A stretch of DNA of 64,000 nt, taken from contig JADJBV010000002.1 of assembly GCA_016703535.1 (NCBI GenBank), forward strand, positions 2,177,721 to 2,241,720, given 5' to 3'. A program made the translations under genes and the position numbers. This stretch comes from Deltaproteobacteria bacterium (GTDB lineage: Bacteria; Myxococcota; Kuafuiibacteriia; Kuafuiibacteriales; Kuafuiibacteriaceae). This document shows, in pieces, positions 27,182 through 36,991 of this stretch. Each line of letters opens with the position of its first letter. The first letter of the stretch is position 1. The notes under the pieces are model-generated. The model saw only the letters and a list, made by a program, of their open reading frames with translations, did no database searches and was not told the origin of the DNA.

Positions 27182-28531
27182 GTGAGCGGCGAGACCCTCT
27201 TCCATCCACACGCCGGCGGCCCGACCTTCGCGGTGCACGCGGTGGATCTCGAGGTGCAAAAGGGCCCGGACCTGGGACGTCGCGCCCGGGTCGATCGCCC
27301 CACCTTCATCGTCGGGACCGGCGTCAGCGCCGACCTGCGGCTCAGCGACGGCACTGTGTCCCGGGAACACCTGCGACTTTTCCTCGATCCCCTGGGCCTG
27401 CGGATCCGGGACGAAGGCAGCAAAAACGGCACCTGGTTGTCCGGGCTGCGGCTCAGCGACGGCCTGTTGACCCAAGGCACCACGCTGGAGCTCGGCAACA
27501 CGACGCTCAAGGTGCACCTCGAGTCGGGGCCGCTGGATCTGCCCCTCTCCAGCGAAGGTCACTTCGGCCGAGCGCTGGGGGTGTCGGCGTCGATGCGCCA
27601 CCTCTTTGCGGTGTTGGAGCGGGCGGCCCGCTCCGACGTGACCGTGTTGCTCGAGGGCGAAAGTGGCGTGGGCAAAGAGGTGCTGGCCCGCTCCCTCCAC
27701 GAATCCTCAGCTCGGGCCGAAGGGCCCTTCATCGCCGTCGACTGTGGGGCCATCCCGGCCAACCTGATGGAGGCCGAACTTTTTGGGCACGAAAAGGGTG
27801 CCTTTACCGGCGCCGACGCCCCTCGCTTGGGGCTCTTCGAACAGGCCCAAGGCGGCACCTTGTTCCTCGACGAGGTCGGCGAGTTGCCCCTGGAAATGCA
27901 ACCCAAGTTGCTGCGGGTCTTGGAGACCAAAGAGGTGCGGCCTTTGGGGGGCACCGCAGTCCGCAAGTTGGATTGCAGAGTGGTGGCCGCCACCAACCGC
28001 CGGCTGCACGAGTCGTCTCAAAAGGGCGAGTTTCGCCAAGACCTCTACTACCGCCTGGCGGTGGCCCGGGTGACCGTGCCGCCCCTCCGAGATCGCCCCG
28101 ACGATGTGTTGCCCTTGGCGACCGAACTCTTGCGGGTGGCGCAACGGGATCGCAGCGCCGTATTGCCGACCGACCTGGCCGCCTTGTTGCTCGGTTATCG
28201 CTGGCCCGGCAACGTGCGCGAACTCCGGAACGTGGTCGAGCGTTTTGCCTTGTTGGGCGTGCGGGACGCGCCCGCCCTCTTCGACGCCCAAGCCCAGGAG
28301 CGAGGTGGCGCGGCGGATCTGTCGACCTTGCCGTACCACGAGGCCCGTCGGGTGGCCCTCGAGCGCTTCGAGCGAAGTTACCTGCCCGCGGTCTTGACCC
28401 GGGCCGGCGGGGTGGTGGCCAAGGCCGCCGAGTTGGCCGAGGTGGCTCGCCCCAGCTTCTACCGAATGTTGGATCGGATCCGCCCTCCGGGTGAACACCG
28501 AGGCGAAGAAGAGCCCCCTGAAGGCCGCTAG
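27182..28531 (+). CDS. FHA-domain sigma-54-dependent transcriptional activator
   Basis: N-terminal FHA domain ([28 protein letters not shown]...GSKNGTW). AAA+ sigma54 domain ([61 protein letters not shown]) and a C-terminal HTH. I prefer the GTG start at 27182; the track start at 27083 overlaps the upstream gene by 88 nt. Confidence 0.8.
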   Translation: MSGETLFHPHAGGPTFAVHAVDLEVQKGPDLGRRARVDRPTFIVGTGVSADLRLSDGTVSREHLRLFLDPLGLRIRDEGSKNGTWLSGLRLSDGLLTQGTTLELGNTTLKVHLESGPLDLPLSSEGHFGRALGVSASMRHLFAVLERAARSDVTVLLEGESGVGKEVLARSLHESSARAEGPFIAVDCGAIPANLMEAELFGHEKGAFTGADAPRLGLFEQAQGGTLFLDEVGELPLEMQPKLLRVLETKEVRPLGGTAVRKLDCRVVAATNRRLHESSQKGEFRQDLYYRLAVARVTVPPLRDRPDDVLPLATELLRVAQRDRSAVLPTDLAALLLGYRWPGNVRELRNVVERFALLGVRDAPALFDAQAQERGGAADLSTLPYHEARRVALERFERSYLPAVLTRAGGVVAKAAELAEVARPSFYRMLDRIRPPGEHRGEEEPPEGR

Positions 28532-28731
28532 GACGCTCCTGGATCGCGGCTCACCGAAGAACGCTGTAAACCCAACATTTTTCGTTCCTGGCTTCCTTTT
28601 TTCCTAAGCGATCCACCTCGTCCGAAGGTGCCTGTCTCCGGCGCGGAGACAATCTTCTCCGCTTGGGCGACGTGTGGCCCTCGAGCATCACCCGGCCCGT
28701 GGTGGCCCAGCCGTTGCTAACGCTTCGTTCC

Positions 28732-29574
28732 ATGATGCGACGCCAAAATGCCCTGGGTGTAGGCGCAGGTCTCCTCCTCGCCGCCTGTGGCACCGACTCG
28801 ACCTCAACCGCCACCTTCGCCGACGCCCGGGACGGAGTGGCTCGCCTGCGGGTGGCCCTCTCCACCTCGGGTGCCGCGGCGATGCCGATGGGGCAGGGCA
28901 ACGGCAACAAACACCAAGTGGCCCTCGACGAGGCGATCGTCACCATCGATCGCGTGACGGTGCACTCCTCCAGCGTCGGTTGGGTGACCCTGCGGGACTC
29001 GATCAACGTCGCGATCGATGTGTTGCGCCTCGGTGATCACGCGGCCGAGTTGGGCTTCGCCGATCTCCCGACCGGGCGCATCAACCAGATCCGCCTCCAC
29101 GTCGACGGCGCTTCACCGCCGTACGTGACCACCGCCGACGGCGAACGGGTGCCGCTCAAGGTGCCCTCGGGTGAACAGAGTGGCCTGAAGGTGAAGGGAA
29201 ACTGGGAGCTGGACGACTGCGCGGAGACCACCATCGATCTGCAGCTGGATGGCAAGAAGGCGATCTGGATCCACCCGACCGGTCACGGCGATCTCTACAT
29301 CTTGCGGCCCACGATCAAGGCCGGCTCCTCGGTGATCCCGGGCGAATGTGACGGGACGCCCGACAACGGCATCCCGCCGGGTGAGCTGGAGCCGATGACC
29401 GATCCGCTCCCCGGCGGCGAAGACCCGGGGACCGATCCCAACACCGATCCGGCCACCGATCCCAACGACGTGATCGACCCGCCGCCCAGCGGCAATGGCG
29501 CACCTTGCAGCGGTAACCTGGACTGCGGGGTGACCGAGATCTGCGGCAGCGACGGCACCTGCATGGGCCTGTGA
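28732..29574 (+). CDS. Lipoprotein, DUF4382-like
   Basis: Start at MMRRQNALGVGAGLLLAACG (lipobox). The mature part resembles DUF4382 (IDLQLDGKKAIWIHPTGHGDLYILRPTIKA). The C-terminal segment is Pro/Asp-rich. Confidence 0.55.
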   Translation: MMRRQNALGVGAGLLLAACGTDSTSTATFADARDGVARLRVALSTSGAAAMPMGQGNGNKHQVALDEAIVTIDRVTVHSSSVGWVTLRDSINVAIDVLRLGDHAAELGFADLPTGRINQIRLHVDGASPPYVTTADGERVPLKVPSGEQSGLKVKGNWELDDCAETTIDLQLDGKKAIWIHPTGHGDLYILRPTIKAGSSVIPGECDGTPDNGIPPGELEPMTDPLPGGEDPGTDPNTDPATDPNDVIDPPPSGNGAPCSGNLDCGVTEICGSDGTCMGL

Positions 29575-29622
29575 CGCTTCCTCGCTGGACGCCGCCGCCC
29601 CGCCGAGTGTAACCCGAGGGGC

Positions 29623-30453
29623 ATGTCTCTTTCGGCTGGCGCGTTACGCCCGTTGATCTTGGTCACCAACGACGACGGGATCCACGCCGAAGGCATCAAG
29701 GCCCTGGCCCGGGCCCTGGTGACGATCGCCGACGTGGCGGTTTTTGCCCCGGATCGCAACCGCTCCGGCGTCTCCCACTCGATCAGCCTGTTGCGCCCCT
29801 TGCGGGTGATCGAGTTGGCCCCGGGCTGGCACCAGATCGACGGCACCCCCGCCGACTGCGTGTACTTGGCGGTGCATGACGTGTTGCAACGCCGCCCCGA
29901 CCTGGTCGTCTCGGGGATCAACGCCGGGCCCAACCTGAGCTTCGACGTCCACTACTCGGGCACCGTGGGCGGCGCCATGGAAGGCACCTTGCTCGGCATC
30001 CCGGGCATCGCGGTCTCCTTGGCCAACACCCGCCACGGCAGCTTCGAGTTGGCCGCCGAGTTCACCAAGTCCTTGGCCGCGTGGGTGTTGGCCAACGGAA
30101 TGCCGGCCAACACCACCTTCAACGTCAACGTCCCCGGCGGCACCCCCAAAGGGTGGCAGCTGACCTTCATGGGCCACCGCCTCTTTCGTCACGCCGTCGA
30201 ACGCCGCCAAGATCCACGCGGCTTCCCGTACTACTGGATCGGCGGCGTACCCGACGAACCTCGAGACATCCCCGGCAGCGACTGCAACGCCATCGCCGAC
30301 GGCCTGATCTCGGTGACGCCGCTTTCGGTCGATCTCACCCACCGCAGCGTGTTCGACCGACGCCTGCCTGGCCTGGAGATCGAAGCTTTGCCCGAGGTGC
30401 CGCCCATCGCCCCACCCGGCGAGGCTCCGGCGATCGGCCAGGCCAGACGATGA
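29623..30453 (+). CDS. surE: 5'/3'-nucleotidase SurE
   Basis: The N-terminus LILVTNDDGIHAEGIKALARAL...APDRNRSGVSHSISL is diagnostic for SurE. Confidence 0.85.
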   Translation: MSLSAGALRPLILVTNDDGIHAEGIKALARALVTIADVAVFAPDRNRSGVSHSISLLRPLRVIELAPGWHQIDGTPADCVYLAVHDVLQRRPDLVVSGINAGPNLSFDVHYSGTVGGAMEGTLLGIPGIAVSLANTRHGSFELAAEFTKSLAAWVLANGMPANTTFNVNVPGGTPKGWQLTFMGHRLFRHAVERRQDPRGFPYYWIGGVPDEPRDIPGSDCNAIADGLISVTPLSVDLTHRSVFDRRLPGLEIEALPEVPPIAPPGEAPAIGQARR

Positions 30454-31247
30454 ACTGGCGGGCCGCTTGGGCCTTGGTTTTGGTGTTGGCCTCTTGTGCC
30501 ACCCCCCCGCCGGCTCGGCCTCGCCCCCGGCCGGGACAATCGACGCACCGGGTGGCGGCCGGCGAAAACGCGTACCGGATCGCCAAAAAATACGGGACCA
30601 CCGTCGAGGTTTTGGCGGAGCTCAACCAACTGGAGGATCCCGAGTCCTTGGCGGTTGGCCAGGTGTTGATCCTCCCCGGTGCCGCCCCCGCGCCGCCTCC
30701 GCCCCCTCCGCCCGGGGCCCCCCAAGACGTCGTTCCCCCGGCCCCGCCACCGCCGGTCGAGGCCCTCGATGAAGAGGAGCGCACCTTGGCCGAGGTGAAG
30801 GCTCGGCTCGGCCGCGAAGAGGCGGCGCCCCTCGCCGGGTGTGACGGTCACCCGACCGGCGCCAAAAACAAGGCCGCGTCCACTGGCCTCATCTGGCCGG
30901 TCGACGGCGTGGTGGTCGGCAAGTTCGGACAACGGGACGGCGAACGACACGACGGGCTCGACATCGGGGCACCGGACGGCACCCCGGTTTGGGCGGCGGC
31001 GGCGGGCGAAGTGATCTACTCCGGCGAACAGTCGGGCTACGGCCTCCTGGTGATCGTGCGGCACGACGATGGTCGCACCACCATCTACGCCCGCAACGCC
31101 AAAAACTGCGTGGGCTCGGGTCAAAAGGTTGACCGTGGTCAAGTTGTTGCGTTGGTGGGCCGCAGCGAAGGGGCCGACGCTCCGTATCTGCACTTCGAGC
31201 TGCGGACCGAAAAAGGCCCGGTCAACCCTCGGGGCCACCTGCCCTGA
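30450..31247 (+). CDS. LysM + M23 peptidase lipoprotein (NlpD-like)
   Basis: Start at MNWRAAWALVLVLASC (ATGA overlap with the surE stop). LysM (YRIAKKYGTTVEVLAELNQL). M23 motifs HDGLDIGAPDGTPV and GYGLLVIVRHDDGRTTIYA with a ...HFELR site. The surE-nlpD neighbourhood is a conserved synteny. Confidence 0.8.
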   Translation: MNWRAAWALVLVLASCATPPPARPRPRPGQSTHRVAAGENAYRIAKKYGTTVEVLAELNQLEDPESLAVGQVLILPGAAPAPPPPPPPGAPQDVVPPAPPPPVEALDEEERTLAEVKARLGREEAAPLAGCDGHPTGAKNKAASTGLIWPVDGVVVGKFGQRDGERHDGLDIGAPDGTPVWAAAAGEVIYSGEQSGYGLLVIVRHDDGRTTIYARNAKNCVGSGQKVDRGQVVALVGRSEGADAPYLHFELRTEKGPVNPRGHLP

Positions 31248-31284
31248 ACCGACGGTCCTTTGATCGCCCTCACGGCGTCGGCCC

Positions 31285-33291
31285 GTGGCCCCCCGCACCT
31301 TCCCGAGATATGGCTCGGCCGTGGTCACGCCCAGCGCCCCCTCGACCGCCACCCCGCCCGCCCCCGAAGCGACCTTCGCCCGAACCTTCGTGTGGCCGGC
31401 GCTTTGGGTGTTCTTGCTGCCGGTGGTCGGCCTCGGCTTCACCACCTTCCACCTGGAGAAGTGGGCCTACGAACTTCGCGAGGAGATCCGCGCGGAGCAG
31501 GCCAAGGCGCCGACGATCCCTCCCGAACAACTCGAACAACAGCTGGGGGCGATCGATCTGGGCGCGGTCGCCTGGGAGCGCTGCGGCCCGCTTGGCTTCA
31601 ACGAGGAACCTCAGGGTCTGTGGAGCGGCTTCTGTAGCCAGATGCTGCAGTTCACCTGGGTGCAGCGGATCGGCGCGGCGCTCCTCGGCTTGGCCACCTT
31701 GGTGTTTTTGGGGCTCTTGGCCACCATCGCTTGGGCCGATCGTTCGCCGCGGCATCAGCACCGGGCCTTTCACTTGGGCTGGACCCTGCTTCGGGGCTTT
31801 TCGTTGCCGCACCTGGCGGGGCAGGGGCTGATCCTGTTGTTCCTGTCCTTTTGGGGCACGGCGCTGACGATGAACATGTACGTCCCGAAGTTGATCCTCA
31901 TGGCGGGGATCCTGGGATTTTTGGCGGCGGCCGCGGCGGTCCGGGCGCTTTGGGCCCGACATCATCACGTGCCGACCGAACACGGCGTGGTCCTCGATCC
32001 GTCCCGGGCCCCCGCGTTTTTTGCGCGCATGCGAGAGCTCGCCGACCGGGCCGGCACCGCGCCACCGAAGAACGTGGTGTTGGGCATCGACGACAACTTC
32101 TTCGTCACCGAGGTGCCCCTTTTGGTCGCCGCTCAGCTCCCGACGCCCCAGCGTCCGGTGGTGGAGACCCAGCGGCTCGAGGGCCGCACCCTCTACGCCA
32201 GCCTATCGTTGCTCCGGGCCATGGATCGCGCCGAAGCCGACGCGGTGTTGGTCCACGAGTTGGGTCACTTTGCCCAGGGCGACACCTTGCGCTCCCAGCA
32301 GATGAACCCGCTGCTGCGGCGCTTCGAAGCCTACCTATCGACCCTGGCCCAGACCTTCACCTTCGGGATCGGCAGCTGCATGGTCGCGTTTTATGCGCTC
32401 TTCGAGCGGATCATGAAACGGCGCTCTCGGGAGGCCGAGCTCACCGCCGACCGCTTGGCGGCCAAGTTGATCGGCCCGAGCCCCGTGGCGGAGGCGCTGC
32501 TGAAGGTCGGCGCGTACATGCGGTATCGGGCTCAAACCGAAAGCCGGATCCTCGAGTCCATGACCACCCAAGAGCTGCGCCTCGCCCAGCGGGTCGTGGA
32601 AGGTTTTTCGCGCTTCGTCGCCGAACCCTCGGGGCGCAGCGAGCTGCTCAGCAGCCTGCTGCACGGGGGCACGCCCCATCCCTTCGACAGCCACCCGCCC
32701 CTCGAGGAGCGCCTGCGTAACCTGGGGATCGAGGCGCCCTCCAGCGACGCCTTGACCCGCTTGGCCCAGCGGCCCGCCGAGACCGCCTGCGACGACATCC
32801 TCGAGGCCGAAGTGATCGAACAGGGCCTCTGGACCTCCTACGAGGAGCGTTTCCAAGCGAATCACGACTTCCTCATCGCGCTCCGCTTGGCACCCAAGAC
32901 CCCGGAGGAGATCGCTCAGGTCGAGCGCCACTTTCCGCCCGTCGAGTACCCCAGCAAAGTGGGGGTGGTGCGCCTCGACTGGCGGGGGCTGCAGCTGCCG
33001 GGCGGCGTCGAGGTCCCCTACGCCGACATCGCGACCGCCCAGACCAAAGACCTCTTCGTCGGGGGGAAGGCCCTGGTCCTGGAGCTCCGGAGTGGGCCTC
33101 GACAAGAGCTGAAGCTCCGCGACTTCTTGGGGAAGGGTGATCAGCTCCTCGGCGACTTCGCCCGCTTCTACCAGCGCCACGAGATCAGCCAGCAGCCCGC
33201 CCCGGCGCCGGTCCCCGAACCCGGGGCGCCCGCTCCGCCTCCAGAGGAGCCTACCCCTCCACCATCGGTTGGGGGTATGACGGCTCCGTGA
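31285..33291 (+). CDS. Membrane metalloprotease, M48 (HtpX/Ste24)-like, with a large C-terminal extension
   Basis: N-terminal TM helices. HExxH zinc motif in M48 context (AVLVHELGHFAQGDTLRS). 668 aa. The start is uncertain. Confidence 0.55.
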   Translation: MAPRTFPRYGSAVVTPSAPSTATPPAPEATFARTFVWPALWVFLLPVVGLGFTTFHLEKWAYELREEIRAEQAKAPTIPPEQLEQQLGAIDLGAVAWERCGPLGFNEEPQGLWSGFCSQMLQFTWVQRIGAALLGLATLVFLGLLATIAWADRSPRHQHRAFHLGWTLLRGFSLPHLAGQGLILLFLSFWGTALTMNMYVPKLILMAGILGFLAAAAAVRALWARHHHVPTEHGVVLDPSRAPAFFARMRELADRAGTAPPKNVVLGIDDNFFVTEVPLLVAAQLPTPQRPVVETQRLEGRTLYASLSLLRAMDRAEADAVLVHELGHFAQGDTLRSQQMNPLLRRFEAYLSTLAQTFTFGIGSCMVAFYALFERIMKRRSREAELTADRLAAKLIGPSPVAEALLKVGAYMRYRAQTESRILESMTTQELRLAQRVVEGFSRFVAEPSGRSELLSSLLHGGTPHPFDSHPPLEERLRNLGIEAPSSDALTRLAQRPAETACDDILEAEVIEQGLWTSYEERFQANHDFLIALRLAPKTPEEIAQVERHFPPVEYPSKVGVVRLDWRGLQLPGGVEVPYADIATAQTKDLFVGGKALVLELRSGPRQELKLRDFLGKGDQLLGDFARFYQRHEISQQPAPAPVPEPGAPAPPPEEPTPPPSVGGMTAP

Positions 33292-33812
33292 TCACGCCTT
33301 CCGAACTCGAACGCCTGGTGATGAACGTCCCTGACTTCCCGAAGCCCGGGATCATGTTCAAGGACCTGACCCCGATCTTCCTCAATCCGAAGGCCTTTCA
33401 GGGGCTGATCGAGGTGTTCGCCGAGCGTTATCGAGGCGAAAACCTGGACGCGGTGGTGGCGATCGAGTCTCGGGGTTTTGTGATCGGCGCGCCGCTGGCG
33501 GCCGCGTTGGGCGTGGGTTTGGTGCTGGTGCGCAAGCCGGGAAAGTTGCCGCGCCCCACCCATCGTCGCACCTACGCCCTCGAATACGGGACCGATACCC
33601 TCGAGATGCATCAGGACGCGGTGCGGCCCGGGGCTCGGGTGTTGATCGTCGACGACGTACTGGCGACCGGTGGCACCGCCAAGGCGGTCTCGGATCTCCT
33701 GGGTGACGCTCAAGCCCAGATTGTTGAGGCCGCTTTTGTGGCCGAGCTGGGCTTCCTTTCGGGCCGAAAGCGCCTCGCTCCCACCCCTGTCTTTGCGGTC
33801 CTGGAGTACTGA
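33288..33812 (+). CDS. apt: Adenine phosphoribosyltransferase
   Basis: PRPP-binding motif VLIVDDVLATGGTAKA and an APRT-like N-terminus (FPKPGIMFKDLTPIF). 174 aa. Confidence 0.85.
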   Translation: MITPSELERLVMNVPDFPKPGIMFKDLTPIFLNPKAFQGLIEVFAERYRGENLDAVVAIESRGFVIGAPLAAALGVGLVLVRKPGKLPRPTHRRTYALEYGTDTLEMHQDAVRPGARVLIVDDVLATGGTAKAVSDLLGDAQAQIVEAAFVAELGFLSGRKRLAPTPVFAVLEY

Positions 33813-33881
33813 TCCCACCCCATCCCCTTATGTGGCGGTATTGACAGCATTTTCGGCCCAAGTTACCAATGGGCGTGGGGT

Positions 33882-33955
33882 GCTCCCGTAGCTCAGTTGG
33901 ATAGAGCGACGGTTTCCTAAACCGTAGGCCACAGGTTCAATTCCTGTCGGGGGCG
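33882..33955 (+). tRNA. tRNA-Arg (anticodon CCT)
   Basis: Hand-folded. Acceptor is GCTCCCG/CGGGGGC, D-arm is GCTC-AGTTGGATA-GAGC, anticodon stem is ACGGT/ACCGT with loop TTCCTAA, and the T-arm is ACAGG-TTCAATT-CCTGT. Confidence 0.85.
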
Positions 33956-33986
33956 TAGCTCGGATCCACTGGGGAAGGGCGTGTGA

Positions 33987-34370
33987 ATGAACAAGTCAGA
34001 GCTCGTGGAAAAGCTGGCCGAACGCGCGAAGATCACCAAGAAGCGCGCGGAATTGGTCGTGAATTTGGTGTTCGACCAAATGGCCCAGGCGCTGAAGCGG
34101 GGGGAGCGGATCGAGATCCGCGGCTTCGGCAGCTTCACCAGCAAGGCCTATGAGGCCTACACCGGTCGTAACCCGCGGACGGGAGAAACCATCCACGTAC
34201 CCGCCAAGCGCTTGCCATTCTTCAAGGTTGGCAAGGAGCTGAAGGAACGGGTCGACTATCCGCAGGTGGCGCGAACGAACGGGGCCGGTGGGGCCCCGAT
34301 CGATGGCGACGACGACGATGACGACGATCTCGGAGACGAGGATGAAGACGGAGACGACACCGCAGATTGA
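33987..34370 (+). CDS. IHF/HU-family DNA-binding protein with a poly-acidic C-terminal tail
   Basis: MNKSELVEKLAERAKITKKRAELVVNLVFD...RGFGSF...RNPRTGE is the IHF/HU fold. The C-terminal 30 aa are DGDDDDDDDLGDEDEDGDD. Confidence 0.8.
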   Translation: MNKSELVEKLAERAKITKKRAELVVNLVFDQMAQALKRGERIEIRGFGSFTSKAYEAYTGRNPRTGETIHVPAKRLPFFKVGKELKERVDYPQVARTNGAGGAPIDGDDDDDDDLGDEDEDGDDTAD

Positions 34371-35529
34371 ACCCCGGGTGGGTGGTGCTGCGCGGTCTCC
34401 TTCTCTCCCTCTCGCGTCCGACATCGAGGCTCAGCTCGTGGCCCTCAAGGGTCGTCGAGTGGCGGTGGCGTTGTCGGGTGGCGTCGACTCGGCGGTGGCG
34501 GCCTTGCTCCTCGCCCGGGCCGGCGCCTCGCCGATCGGCTTGGCGTTGCGCCTCCACGATCCCGAGCCCGACAACCCCTTGGCGCCCCGGGCCTGTTGTA
34601 CGCCCGATGATCTCCAAGACGCTCGTCGGGTCGCCGAGGCCCTCGGCATTCCGTTTTACGTGCTCGACGCTCGGGAGGCCTTCAGCAGCGAGGTGGTCCA
34701 GCCCTTCGTCGACGCCTACCTGGCCGGCAAGACCCCCAACCCCTGTGTCGGCTGCAACAGCTTCGTGAAGCTCGATCGCCTGGACGCTCGGGCCCGGGCC
34801 TTGGGCTGCGTCGCCCTCGCGACCGGCCACTACGCTCGCTTGGCCCACGATCCGAACGGCGCGCCCCACCTCTACGCCGGCGCCGATGTCGAGAAGGATC
34901 AGTCCTACTTTTTGTTCGGCGTCGAGTCCGGGATCTTGTCGCGGCTGGTGTTCCCGTTGGGGGCGATGACCAAACCCCAGGTGCGGGAGATGGCCCTCGC
35001 TTCGGGCCTGCCGGTGGCCCACAAGCTCGACAGCCAAGAAGTGTGTTTTGTCGGAGGTGCAGGCGCGGGCGACTTCGTGCGGCGCCGGGCCGAGGCTCGG
35101 GGTGATCATCGGGGCAAGATCTTGGATCCCGAAGGTCGCGTTTTGGGCGAACACGACGGCGTCATGGGCTACACCGTTGGGCAACGGAAGGGGTTGGGCG
35201 TCTCGGCGGCCCACCCGCTCCACGTCTTGTCGATCGACGCCGAAGACAAGTCGATCACCGTGGGCGCGGCCGAGCTCTTGCTGCGCCGGGGCTTGCGCGC
35301 GTCGAAGGCCGCCTGGCCCGCCGGGGTGCCGAGGGGCCCGATCGTCGCCGAAGCTCGCATCCGTTATCGGGGCCGACCGTCCCGGGCCACCATCACGCCC
35401 CTCGCCGGCGATCGGGTCGAGGTCCACTTCGAGCAGCCGATGCGGGCCATCGCGCCCGGGCAAGCGGTGGTGTTCAGCGATGGACCCGAAATTTTGGGCG
35501 GCGCCTTCATCGACGAGGCCCTCGCTTGA
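34342..35529 (+). CDS. mnmA: tRNA-specific 2-thiouridylase MnmA
   Basis: PP-loop VALSGGVDSAV. Catalytic cysteines (CCTPDDL, CVGCNSFVKL). An alternative GTG start at 34378 sits just after the IHF stop. Confidence 0.85.
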   Translation: MKTETTPQIEPRVGGAARSPSLPLASDIEAQLVALKGRRVAVALSGGVDSAVAALLLARAGASPIGLALRLHDPEPDNPLAPRACCTPDDLQDARRVAEALGIPFYVLDAREAFSSEVVQPFVDAYLAGKTPNPCVGCNSFVKLDRLDARARALGCVALATGHYARLAHDPNGAPHLYAGADVEKDQSYFLFGVESGILSRLVFPLGAMTKPQVREMALASGLPVAHKLDSQEVCFVGGAGAGDFVRRRAEARGDHRGKILDPEGRVLGEHDGVMGYTVGQRKGLGVSAAHPLHVLSIDAEDKSITVGAAELLLRRGLRASKAAWPAGVPRGPIVAEARIRYRGRPSRATITPLAGDRVEVHFEQPMRAIAPGQAVVFSDGPEILGGAFIDEALA

Positions 35530-36305
35530 GTGATCCGATCGAAGAGGCGCCGCCGCCGCCGATCGCCGATCCGGTCGGCCGCTTGGAGGAGCGCCTGGGG
35601 CATCACTTCGCCGATGCGCGCCTGCTCCACGAGGCCTTGACCCACCGCTCCTACGTCAACGAGTGCACCGAACCGACGGTGAAGGACAACGAACGGCTGG
35701 AGTTCTTGGGCGACGCGGTGATCGACCTGGTGGTGTCCGAGGCCCTGATGGCCCGATATCCCTCGGCCAGGGAGGGGCGCTTATCCAAGGTCCGGGCCTC
35801 TTTGGTCAGCGAGCCGGGTTTGGCCAAGTTGGCCGAACAGATCGGGCTCGGCGAGTCGCTGCGGCTGGGCCGGGGGGAAGAGCTCTCGGGCGGCCGGGCC
35901 AAGGCCTCCATCTTGAGCGACGCCTTCGAGGCCCTGATCGCCGCCCTCTATTTGGACGCGGGCATGGCCAAGGTCGCCCAGGTGCTCCTGCCCCGGCTGG
36001 CGTTGCCGGACGACGACGACTTGGATCGGGCCGATCCCAAGACCGACCTGCAGCAGCGGATCCAGGCCGAGCGACACCTCACCCCCACCTATCGGCTGGT
36101 CGGGGAGCGGGGCCCGGACCACGACAAGTCCTTCGTGGTGGAGATCTTGGTCGGGGGTGAAGTCCTCTCTACCGGCAGCGGGCGCACCAAAAAAGAGGCG
36201 GAACAGCAGGCCGCCGCCCGGGTCCTGGCCGACCTGGATCAGCCGCGGCCGGCGCCCGTGGTGCCCGATCCGCCCCCCACCGAGCCGGGTCCAGCCTCCG
36301 CTTGA
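35526..36305 (+). CDS. rnc: Ribonuclease III
   Basis: RNase III signature ERLEFLGDAVIDLVVSE plus a C-terminal dsRBD. It overlaps mnmA by 4 nt and lies upstream of era (conserved rnc-era synteny). Confidence 0.9.
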   Translation: MSDPIEEAPPPPIADPVGRLEERLGHHFADARLLHEALTHRSYVNECTEPTVKDNERLEFLGDAVIDLVVSEALMARYPSAREGRLSKVRASLVSEPGLAKLAEQIGLGESLRLGRGEELSGGRAKASILSDAFEALIAALYLDAGMAKVAQVLLPRLALPDDDDLDRADPKTDLQQRIQAERHLTPTYRLVGERGPDHDKSFVVEILVGGEVLSTGSGRTKKEAEQQAAARVLADLDQPRPAPVVPDPPPTEPGPASA

Positions 36306-36341
36306 CCCTCGGGGCCGGCTGGGATTCCTTCCGCCCTCGTC

Positions 36342-36989
<648 letters not shown>

Positions 36990-36991
36990 AC

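Noticed and set aside
30081-30449. Long upstream extension of the NlpD-like gene (track ORF 30081..31247)
   Set aside because: The extension overlaps surE in another frame and is Arg/Pro-rich junk. A proper ATG with signal peptide (MNWRAAWALVLVLASC) occurs at 30450 overlapping the surE stop.
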